Below are positions 33,189-42,700 of a stretch of DNA of 64,000 nt, piece by piece. The notes beneath the pieces were generated by a model. The model was not told the origin of the DNA. It was given only the letters and a program-made list of their open reading frames with translations, and made no database searches. The stretch spans positions 1-64,000 of the IMG/VR virus record IMGVR_UViG_3300032237_000561. One strand, given 5' to 3'. How positions within the stretch are numbered: position 1 is the first letter of the stretch; the number at the start of each line of letters is the position of its first letter. This DNA comes from a virus. Its lineage: Duplodnaviria; Caudoviricetes. A program made the translations under genes and the position numbers.

Positions 33189-35381
33189 ATGACGACCCCA
33201 GGCGGTGACGGCAATTTCGAATACACCGATGACTCGGTAATCGCTCGGGTCTCGGTCGATGTCCCCTCACAGGCCCTCACTGACCTCAATCAGCTGGCCG
33301 AGGCGATGGCTGCCATGCGGACCCAGTTGTCTGCTGTGGCGGATGCCCAGGAAAAGTGGTTGGAATTCCTCAACCAGATGCCCAAGGTCACTCAGGACAC
33401 CAATGATGCCATCAAGGACCAGATCACCCTGCTGGAACGGCAGACCTACCTCCAGGGCGAGCTAGGCGGCGGTCGCGGCGGGGGCCAGGGTGCGTCCGCT
33501 GGTGGCGGGGGCAGTTATTCAACTGCCGCCCCGGCGGGATACGCGCCACCGTGGGCACCGGGTACCCCCGGCACTGGGGCCACCCCTCCGGCCCCTGAGC
33601 AGATTGCCGAGAAATATCAGCGGATTCAGGCCGAGAATCCCGGACTGGATGCAAACGTCCAGTCGGCGCACGGTGCTGTCAACCCGGCACTTCTCTCGGT
33701 GGTCGGCGCGGCAGCAGCGGCAGTCGACCGCAAGATGGGTAGAGGTGAGGGCCGGGCCGGGAATTCGTCCCCGCAGCCGACCGGCGCGGAACGTGATAGT
33801 TCCGCTGCCCCGGACCAAGGCCAGGGCGGTGCTCCGAGCACTGCCGGGGACCCGAATACCCCCGGCGATCCCAGCCCCGACGACACCGACGCGGCCAAGA
33901 AGGACACCCTCCTGACCCAGTTGGTCAACGACTTTAAGGGCGGTAAGGGTGGCCGCGCCAGGAGGATGGCCAGTACCCTGCTCGGTTCGGCCAGCAACAG
34001 TCTCAGCAATCCCTCCAGCGGTGGCGGGATCATCGGACAGATCATGGGCAGCACGGCAGGCAAGGCTGCCGGTGCGGTCGGCCTGGGGGCCTTGGCCTAC
34101 AACAAGATTCAGGACCTCGGCGAGAAATACACCGAGTACCAGGGTCTTGGTTCGGTCCAGGGCGGCGACGCAATGACCGGCATGAAGTACGAGGCCCAGG
34201 CCCGGATCATGGGCCTCAACCCGTTCATCACCACCCAGCAGGCTCGTGAGGCGATGCAGAAGGCCCTCAAGGAGGGCTTCCGGGGCGAAAATTATGACAC
34301 CGTCCTCGACTTCATGACCGGTAACTTCAAGGAGCTGGGCATCTCGATGGGCCAGTCGATGGATTTGATGAAGGCCAGCGTCAAGGGACTCAATGAGGGC
34401 GACAGTCAGGCCGGGACCAAGAGCGACCTCGATAAGACCCTCAACACCATGAAGGAGATGTCCGCCGAGGGCGGTCTGTCCTTCCCGGAGCGGGTCAACC
34501 AGCTGCAGGACATGAAAGAAGAGATGTCGGCTCAGGGGTTTTCCTCGGAGGCGATCAACCGGGCCGCGCTCGGCACCCAGGAGGGCCTGGGCGACTCACT
34601 GGCACTCCGGGAGAGTGGTGGCCGGATCACGTCCCAGACCACCGGCTCCAACATGCTGATGACCCTGGCCGCGCAGAAGGCGGGGATCACCGGGATGCTT
34701 CCCAACGCCCTGCCCGCCGCCCTGGAAGCTGCGGGGATGGACCCCGACGAAATCCGCGACTCGGCGGCATCTCAGGTGGCCGGGTATGTGTCCGGCTACG
34801 CCGAGATGGGTAACCGGATCGCGGCATTCCAGATGCTGATGGGCCAGTACGGGGTAGAACTCACCTGGCCTGAGGCCGAGGCCCTCTACGGCAAGGTCAG
34901 TAAGGGGCAGGGCAGCCTGCCCTCCAAGCAGGCCAATAGCAAGGTCGCCCGCCAGGGCCAGACCCAGACCGCCGCCGGTTCGGCGGGCCGGACCTCGAAC
35001 AGCCCGGCGGACTCCGACTGGACAAAGAACCACCCCAACTACACCCCATCGGAGAACGCCGCCGGGGAATCGCAAAACTTCGAGGCAGCCGGTCGCGGCG
35101 GCGGCAACTTCTCGCCCAGCGGTAATGCCCCTGCCGCCATGCCGACGACCGGACAGCCGGTCCCCAGCTTCAGCAGTAACGGGACCGTCAGCGGCACGGT
35201 CACCATCACCGTCGACCAGGCGGGCCGGGTCACGGCACCGCCGACCATCCAGCTCACCGGCCAGCAGAAGGCTGCCCTAGCCGGATACAGCTCGGCTCAG
35301 CTCAACAACGCACCGCCAGGTGACCCGACCTATAACCATTCCTACAATGCCTTCCCGGCGGCGGCAGGGAGTGACGGATAA
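33189..35381 (+). CDS. Tape measure protein
   Basis: 730 aa A/G/M/Q-rich helical protein following the frameshifted chaperone. Confidence 0.8.
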   Translation: MTTPGGDGNFEYTDDSVIARVSVDVPSQALTDLNQLAEAMAAMRTQLSAVADAQEKWLEFLNQMPKVTQDTNDAIKDQITLLERQTYLQGELGGGRGGGQGASAGGGGSYSTAAPAGYAPPWAPGTPGTGATPPAPEQIAEKYQRIQAENPGLDANVQSAHGAVNPALLSVVGAAAAAVDRKMGRGEGRAGNSSPQPTGAERDSSAAPDQGQGGAPSTAGDPNTPGDPSPDDTDAAKKDTLLTQLVNDFKGGKGGRARRMASTLLGSASNSLSNPSSGGGIIGQIMGSTAGKAAGAVGLGALAYNKIQDLGEKYTEYQGLGSVQGGDAMTGMKYEAQARIMGLNPFITTQQAREAMQKALKEGFRGENYDTVLDFMTGNFKELGISMGQSMDLMKASVKGLNEGDSQAGTKSDLDKTLNTMKEMSAEGGLSFPERVNQLQDMKEEMSAQGFSSEAINRAALGTQEGLGDSLALRESGGRITSQTTGSNMLMTLAAQKAGITGMLPNALPAALEAAGMDPDEIRDSAASQVAGYVSGYAEMGNRIAAFQMLMGQYGVELTWPEAEALYGKVSKGQGSLPSKQANSKVARQGQTQTAAGSAGRTSNSPADSDWTKNHPNYTPSENAAGESQNFEAAGRGGGNFSPSGNAPAAMPTTGQPVPSFSSNGTVSGTVTITVDQAGRVTAPPTIQLTGQQKAALAGYSSAQLNNAPPGDPTYNHSYNAFPAAAGSDG

Positions 35382-36088
35382 TGGCCTTCGGAGATTACGA
35401 ATTCCCCCAGAAGTCCGCCCCGATCAGTTCGGGTGAGAAGGGCATCGCCAGCCTGTCCCACCCCGAGGTCGGCACTTTGCGTTTTCGTTCCAACCCCAAA
35501 GAGTTCAACTGGAGCTACACACTGACCAAGAGGGTCGACCAGACCTACGGGGGCCGGGTGATTCAGCTCCTGGGGACCCGGATCGAAGACTTCTCGTTCA
35601 AGGCCGACTGCGGTGCCGGTCGGTGGGATTACATGAACCGGGTCGCGACCTTCATGCGGGATGTGATGATCCGCCAGCGCGGCGGGACCCCGGCCACCTT
35701 CGAGTACACCACCCGTGGATGGAAGTTCAACGCCTTTGTCGCCTCGATCCCGTTCGCCGACGCGGTCGAGGAGGTCCTGCGCGAATTCGAGGTAGGGCTG
35801 AAGGTGCAGGAGGACATCTCCGGTGTCATGAGCAAAAACACCCTCGGTGCCGAGCTTCGTCGACTGCAGGACGGGGTCGGTTTCCGACGGTCTAAGTACA
35901 ACGACCCGATCTTCGCCGAGAACCAGAATGGAATCACCACCCCCAACATGGGACCGATTGGCGACATGATCAACATCGTCACCACCCAGGAGCAGAACTT
36001 CCTCGGTCAGGCTGGTCAGGCTTTAGCCCAGTCCGCCGATCTACTGAGCAAGCTCACCGCACCGAATGGAGGGCCAACGAGTGGCTGA
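35381..36088 (+). CDS. Tail tube initiator/baseplate tube-like protein, putative
   Basis: F..NP....SY....DQTYGG.VIQ motif; follows the tape measure gene. Confidence 0.6.
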   Translation: MAFGDYEFPQKSAPISSGEKGIASLSHPEVGTLRFRSNPKEFNWSYTLTKRVDQTYGGRVIQLLGTRIEDFSFKADCGAGRWDYMNRVATFMRDVMIRQRGGTPATFEYTTRGWKFNAFVASIPFADAVEEVLREFEVGLKVQEDISGVMSKNTLGAELRRLQDGVGFRRSKYNDPIFAENQNGITTPNMGPIGDMINIVTTQEQNFLGQAGQALAQSADLLSKLTAPNGGPTSG

Positions 36089-36254
36089 TTTTGTAAGCAA
36101 CTGCCCCATCTCCGGTCCGCGCAACGTCAACTGGAAACTCGCCTGGGACATCGGTGGGATGGGCTGGAGCTACGAGTGGGGCATGTTCTACGCCGTCTCC
36201 GGCCAAGACGATATGGTGCCGATGCGTAAACCCGATTTTCCATCGGGGGTTTGA
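36081..36254 (+). CDS. Small baseplate-region protein
   Basis: GGAGG RBS before GTG 36081; fills the gap between flanking genes. Confidence 0.5.
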   Translation: MADFVSNCPISGPRNVNWKLAWDIGGMGWSYEWGMFYAVSGQDDMVPMRKPDFPSGV

Positions 36255-36256
36255 TC

Positions 36257-36883
36257 ATGTCCAAACTTGTTATCAAGGGCCACGGCGGCAAAAGGTTCGA
36301 ACTGAACATCGTTCAGTTCCGTTCGCCGATGTCGGCGGCGATCAACTCGGTGCAGACCCGAAACATGATGCACCACTTCCCGATTCGCGCCGGGCAGCCC
36401 GACATCCAGTTCACTGCTCAGTTCGCGTCGATACCCGACAAGCACGAGTTTCAAGACTTTGTCCGAGACCACCAGCGCAACGCTCTCAACGACAAGTACG
36501 GTTCTTCGTCAACCAGCTCCGGGGCGATCACCCTGCTCTGGCCGGAACGCAACATCGACAGCTGGACCGGATACATCATCAACATGCCGATCCGCGAGGC
36601 CCGATTCGACTACGCCCCTAAGGTGACTTTCGGTGTGGCCCTGGTGGATTCGCTGATGAGCGAGCGCACCTTCAACCTGAGCCTGGGTAATAACTTCTGG
36701 ACAATCCTCGGGGACGCGATCAGTGCTTACATTCCCCGTCCCGGTGATATCGACGGACTGATCCAGCCGCCGACGATCCCGTCCTCGGTCGTCACCGATT
36801 ACAACAACGCCAACAACAACAACAACAACAACACGACGACGGTCAACACCCTGTACTACAACACAGGACCGGGCAGGCAATGA
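36257..36883 (+). CDS. Baseplate tube-like protein, putative
   Basis: Position in the baseplate block; poly-Asn tail encoded by (AAC)7 at 36812-36832. Confidence 0.6.
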   Translation: MSKLVIKGHGGKRFELNIVQFRSPMSAAINSVQTRNMMHHFPIRAGQPDIQFTAQFASIPDKHEFQDFVRDHQRNALNDKYGSSSTSSGAITLLWPERNIDSWTGYIINMPIREARFDYAPKVTFGVALVDSLMSERTFNLSLGNNFWTILGDAISAYIPRPGDIDGLIQPPTIPSSVVTDYNNANNNNNNNTTTVNTLYYNTGPGRQ

Positions 36884-39765
36884 CCGCACCCGACCCGGCC
36901 ACCTCGGCGATCCAAGACACCAACGCTCAGGCCACCATCAACGGTCTGCCCGCACCTAGCAAGGCTCAGGCCGAGCAGAATGTCTTGACCAACATCGACC
37001 CCACCTCACCACCGGCGATGAAGACTCTGGTCTATTCACCGGATGTCCGTATCTATATCGCGCGCGGCAACAAACAGTACGATGTGTCTAACGACATCGT
37101 CGCCTGGTCGATTCGGCGGGTGGAGAACTCGGTCTCTTCGGCAGTCTTCCGGTTGTCCAACAAGGCCACCGAAAGCGGTGGCAAGAAGATGCGCTACAAC
37201 CAGCTCTTCGAGCGGATGGACCGGGTGGTGATCTGGCTCAAGCGTGTCGAATGGGTCCAGGTCTTCTCTGGCTATCTCGACAGTGTGCCGCACGTCCAGC
37301 TTTATCCGGGCACGGTGAACTTCCGAGCCAGCTGCACCCTGAAGCGTCTGCTACACACCTACTGGGACCCAGGTCTTCCTGAGTCCCAGACCATCTTTGA
37401 TCAGCCGGGTCAGGCCCAGCAGGAGCTGGCCAACGGTGAGGCTGCCCTGGACATGGGTCTGGGTTCGCTGCTGCGCCGACTTCTGGTCCTTGTCGGCGGA
37501 TGGGACGCGAAGAACATTCACGTCCAGAGGTTCCCCCTCGGCTTCTTCCAGTTCATGGAGCAGCAGATCAGGCAGATGACCCCCGGAGACGAAGCCGCCG
37601 TCGAGAGCTTCAAAGGCTTACTCCTGGGCGAGGGCGACACCAGCCTCGGTCCGGGACGGGCTGCCAGCATGCAGCAGGGCGTGACAATGGGCGGTTACGC
37701 CGTCGGACCGCAGGATCGAATGCTGGAAGTGATCCGGGCCGTGGACGAGATGGGCATGGGTGTCGACACGACCAGCCTGGCCGCAGCGCAAGGCATTGGG
37801 ACTGCCGCTACGGGCGGTTCCGACAACAAGGATAAGCCCGCCTGGCAGGCCCAGCAGGAGGTCGGTAAGAACTGGTCTGAAGCGGCCTTGAAAAACGATG
37901 CCGCGATCCACTGCTACATGACTATCGCCGCCGAATCGAACTGGATCATGTACGCAAACCGGGCGATCCCGGAATCGTTGGGCTACCCCCATGAGGGCGA
38001 GTCCACCGACGGTACCTCGGTGGGCCTGTACCAGCAGCAGAACTATGGCGAGTGGGGCAGCCTCGCCCAGCGGATGAACGTCAAGGCATCTACTCAGATG
38101 TTCCTCCAGTCCCTCAACCGGGTGCAATGGCGCAACATGGACCGGGCTGCGGCTTGTCAGGCGGTACAGCGGTCCAAGTTTGCCGACGGGTCGAACTACA
38201 AAATTCATGAGGCTGCCGCCATCGAGGCGGTCCGTTCTATCCGTTCTGGGACAGGGACCGCCCTCGGTGCTGCCGGTCAGAACAACACCAGCCCGACCAA
38301 CCCCATCCCCGGAATCGGGGAGACCGTCATCGGTGGGGCACCTTCGCCTACCCTGCCCGGCACCGTGGGCACCCCGGTCCCCTCAATCCCGACCACCAAC
38401 GGAATGCCCACCGCGACGGCGGTGACATCCACGGCCACCAGAGGACCCCTCTACGACACCGGTGGTGCCCTCACCTGTGCCCTAGCCCAGTGCGGTAAGC
38501 CCTACGTCTACGGGTCCAACGGGCCGGATACCTTTGACTGTTCGAGCCTGACCCAGTTCGCCTACCGGTCCATCGGCCTGGAGATCGGTCGGACCACCTA
38601 CGTCCAGGCCGGAAACCTGCAACGTATCCCGCCCGCCAACCTGGTCCCCGGCGACATCATCCAGCCCCACCCCGGCCACACCGGAATGTATGTCGGTCCG
38701 GGTCAGTGGGTCGCGGCACCGCAGACCGGTGACGTAGTTCGGATACAGGACATCTATTTCCCGCTCCAGACCGCTGTCTGCTTCCGGGTACCAGGAGCCG
38801 AGTACGGCGGCACCCTGCCTGCCCCCTACGACTTGGCCCGAGCACTATCGGCTTCCAATGCTCAGGTTGGCACCGTCACCGGAGGACTCAACGGCAGCAC
38901 CGGCACCGGCCAGACCGAGCCGATTGCCCGCAACCTCTTTACCTACCAATTCATGCCCGGACAGTTCACCAGTGATATCTCAATCCTATTCGGAGGTCAG
39001 AAAGGAAGCGAAGAAAAGGCTTTCATCAACGACCAGCCGTTGATTCAGACGGTGGTGAGTTTCGCCCAGGCCGGTTTACGCAATTTCCAGTCCGCGCCCA
39101 ACGGGGATTTCATCGCCTATTACCCGGACTATTTCGGACTCGACGGCAAGGACGCGGTATTTGCCCTTGAAGACATTGAGATGAAGAACGTCCAGATCGA
39201 CCTGAACGACGACGCGATGGCCACCCATGTTTATATCGCCGGTTCACAGACGATCAACGCCAGCGACAACGGAATCCTGGGCTGGCTCAACTCCAAGGGT
39301 GTCGCCACCGTGGAGAATGAGTGGCTGTTCCGGCGGATGACCGCCGCCGCACCACACGTCCCCGGTGAGCTATTCCAGTCCGGTAAGCAGATCATGGAAA
39401 AGTTCGGTGTCCGGCCCCTGAGTCAGACCATGTCCTCGGTGATGGCCGGTCCTATGGAATTCCTACTGGCCGTGCAAATCTTTATGAAGAAATGGGCCGA
39501 ACAGTATTCGACCGTCATCGACACCACATTCATGCCGGAAATCTTCCCTGGAATGCGTGTCCACCTCGTCGGACACAACCTTCAGGTGTATGTTTCTGAG
39601 GTAACACATTCTGGAGATTTTGAGAACGGATTCGCCACGACCATGACCATTATGGCCCCGTCCAATCCAAACATCCTGAAGATGGCCACGTCGATTTTCA
39701 GCGCAAAGGCCCAGGAAACGTCGAACCGCCAGGACCTTTTCCGTAATGCCTCGGAGTCCACCTAA
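36880..39765 (+). CDS. Baseplate hub with inserted lysozyme-like and NlpC/P60 domains
   Basis: Hub N-terminus (VFSGYLDSV) and C-terminus (FMPEIFPGMRV...YVSEVTH). AES...SVGLYQQ..WG lysozyme-like motif. GKPYVYG..GPDTFDCSSL...GHTGMY NlpC/P60 motif. Confidence 0.85.
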   Translation: MTAPDPATSAIQDTNAQATINGLPAPSKAQAEQNVLTNIDPTSPPAMKTLVYSPDVRIYIARGNKQYDVSNDIVAWSIRRVENSVSSAVFRLSNKATESGGKKMRYNQLFERMDRVVIWLKRVEWVQVFSGYLDSVPHVQLYPGTVNFRASCTLKRLLHTYWDPGLPESQTIFDQPGQAQQELANGEAALDMGLGSLLRRLLVLVGGWDAKNIHVQRFPLGFFQFMEQQIRQMTPGDEAAVESFKGLLLGEGDTSLGPGRAASMQQGVTMGGYAVGPQDRMLEVIRAVDEMGMGVDTTSLAAAQGIGTAATGGSDNKDKPAWQAQQEVGKNWSEAALKNDAAIHCYMTIAAESNWIMYANRAIPESLGYPHEGESTDGTSVGLYQQQNYGEWGSLAQRMNVKASTQMFLQSLNRVQWRNMDRAAACQAVQRSKFADGSNYKIHEAAAIEAVRSIRSGTGTALGAAGQNNTSPTNPIPGIGETVIGGAPSPTLPGTVGTPVPSIPTTNGMPTATAVTSTATRGPLYDTGGALTCALAQCGKPYVYGSNGPDTFDCSSLTQFAYRSIGLEIGRTTYVQAGNLQRIPPANLVPGDIIQPHPGHTGMYVGPGQWVAAPQTGDVVRIQDIYFPLQTAVCFRVPGAEYGGTLPAPYDLARALSASNAQVGTVTGGLNGSTGTGQTEPIARNLFTYQFMPGQFTSDISILFGGQKGSEEKAFINDQPLIQTVVSFAQAGLRNFQSAPNGDFIAYYPDYFGLDGKDAVFALEDIEMKNVQIDLNDDAMATHVYIAGSQTINASDNGILGWLNSKGVATVENEWLFRRMTAAAPHVPGELFQSGKQIMEKFGVRPLSQTMSSVMAGPMEFLLAVQIFMKKWAEQYSTVIDTTFMPEIFPGMRVHLVGHNLQVYVSEVTHSGDFENGFATTMTIMAPSNPNILKMATSIFSAKAQETSNRQDLFRNASEST

Positions 39766-42700
39766 TGGCATACGACACAGGATTCTCCCGACGCAGTAGC
39801 TCTGAGCGTGACCTCCAGCCGGTCGCGATCATCTCGGTGGACCCCATCAGCCGGACCGCCGTAGCGGTCACCCGGACCCGACACAACCTCACCATCAACA
39901 CCGCCTACGCGACCGGTGACACCATCACCGTCCCGGCCTCCGGCGAGCAGTGGTACATCGAAAGATTTGATGGCGAGTGGAGGCTCTACGGTCGTATCCC
40001 CTTCAACGATGAGACCCTCAACATCAAGCCTGAAGAGGGCCAGGTCTCAGTCGGGTCGGCACGCGGTCCCCTGGAACTGAACGGCCCCGAGGTGCGGTTC
40101 AACAGTAAGGTATTCCGGCTCAACGGAGTCTATTACCGGGACTCCGGTACGGCACTGGAGCGGTCTACCGATCAGGTCACCTGGGGGGCGGTCAGCGCGG
40201 CCACCGCGACCACCCTGGCTCAGGACCTCGCCGCCTCGCTGGCCGGATATCAGGGCACCGATGAGACCGGGGCATTATCGGCCCTCAAGGACTGGAGTGG
40301 TCTGGTACAGACCATCGTCGACAACTTTTCCGAGTTCTGGAATGTGTTGTGCCAGAACGTCTTTATCGGTGGACTCAAAGACTTGGGCTTCGGTGACACC
40401 GACCTGTCGAAGACCGTCAATGGCCTGCAGAACTTCTTGAACTACCTTTTCGGGGTAGTCTTCTGCGACTTCGACGGAAACCTAACACCACAGACCGTCC
40501 TGGCCCGGCTGCGTGACCTGCTGTCCCCAATTATTTCTAACCCTTTCATCACCGGACTACAAGGGATCGCGACCGCCCTCGGTGTCAACGTCGGTAACCT
40601 GCTCAACGACGTAGTGGCGGGACTGACCGGACTGATCGAGCTGGTCTGGAATATCGTCACCTGCCAGTGGGACCAGCTCGACCTTACCGGTTTGCAGGCC
40701 ATCATCGACATCTTCACCAACGGCACGGGCGACTTCGGCCCGGCGGCGATCATCAACTTCCTCAAGACAATCTTCCTTGATCCGATATTCAGCAATCTGG
40801 CTACGGGAACCCTCACCCCGATCATCGGCACCTTCCTCAACGGCCTCAAGCAGGTCGCCGATCTGATCACCGGGGCACTCACTGGGCAGCAGTTCGACTC
40901 GCTGCTGGAAGGTGTCGTCCAGGGCGTGCAGGATTTCGTCCAGCTCATCTATGACACGGTCACTGAAATCCTGGGCGGCAGCCCCCTGACCCGGCTGCCC
41001 GACATCGCCGCCATCATCGCCCTGATCACCGAGGGTGCCTCCGCGTTCTCCCCCGCCAACATCGTGCGCTCGGTGACCGACTTCTTCACCCTGTTCGGCT
41101 CCCCGACGTTCATCAACGACGGGGTCGACACGGGAATCCCCAACCCGGTGGGCATCTTCTTCACCGCGCTAGGGGACTTCTGGCAGGCGATCATCGGCCT
41201 CATTCCCGGTGCCACCGACGGGGGCCTGTTCAAGAACGCGATCAACGCCGTCGCCGAGATGTTCAGCATCCTCCAGAGCCTGATCTTCGTTAATCCTTTT
41301 GATGCAGAAAGCCTCGACGGCTTCAATGCGGCGGTGGCCAAGGTGGAGGCCGCGTTCGCCTCCACGCTCGCGGCGGCGGGGGTTCCGGCACAAATCCTGA
41401 ACGTACTAAAGACCATCCTGAACAGCCTCATCAACAACCCGCTCGTCAAGATCGCGCAAGAAATCTTCACCTATCTCGGAACTGGCCTCACCGGCACCAA
41501 CCTGCTCGGCCAGATCGTGGACGGCAGCGAACAGGTCTTCAACCTCCTGATGAAGATCATAACCGATGTTCTGATCCCGCTTGACGATACGGCGTGGAAC
41601 ACGTTGCTGCCCTTCATCCCCGCCGCCGTCTGGGTCAACATTAGAGCGACCGCTCTCCCCGACTTCGGTGTGAACTTCCTCGGCGGACTCGGCCCGCTGC
41701 TGAAAGTCATTTTTGAGGCACTGGAGACCTTCCTCGGCCTGGACCCCGACAATATCTCCAACTTCTTCAAGAACATTCTGGTCTTCTTCGGCGACACAGT
41801 GTCTCATTTCTTCACCCTTCTGTTCACCGACCAAACAGAAGCAATCAAGTATTTCCTCGTTGACGTGCTGGGAATCGCGGAGGACATCGGCGGCGGGGTA
41901 CTTAACTTCGTCAGCAGCTTCATCGGCAACGCGGGCGATGTCCTCACCGACCTGCTGACCAAGCTGCTCTCGGTGTTCGGCATCGACTTCGACCCGAGAG
42001 ACGAGAACGGCGACCCGGTCGAGTTCAACGCCGCCACGGCCCTGACCGCCTTCGTCAACAAGTTCCTGACGACCGGGTTGGGCGGCGTGATCGGCACGAC
42101 CGTCACCGAGTTGACGCGGTTCTTCACCCGACTCAAAAACTTATTCGGTCTTGCGGACTTCTTCACCTCGGGCACGTTCGACTTCGCCGCCGCCGCAACG
42201 GGTTTCATCAACAACGTGCTGTACTACGCCCCCACCGCCGCAGTCAGCACCTTGCAGGGGATCATCGAGACCGCCACCAGCCTGGTCTACAAGCTCGCGC
42301 AGGCCGTCATCACCGCGATCCGGGGAATCCCGTTCGTCGGCACCGGGATCGCCGACTTCCTGCAAACGCAGCTCAACAACTTCGTCAATTTCAGCCGGTT
42401 CGGGGTCAGGTCGGGGACCAACCTCATCTCCGACCCCGGCGGCGAGATCGCCACGTTCTGGACCGCAGTCGATTCCAGCAACGTGCGGATACAACCCAAC
42501 GTCGAGCAGAACACCAACACCGCCTACCGGCGTTCCGGCTCGACCAGCCTGACGATCACCTCCGACGGCGCGTCCCCCCGGTGGTTCTTCTGGAACGTCA
42601 ACGACCTCGGTGTGATCACCCCCATCACCACCGAACCGGGGGAGGTGTTCTCGGCCTCGTGCTGGGTCCTGTACCCGGTCACCGTGTCCGGTGTCGCCAA

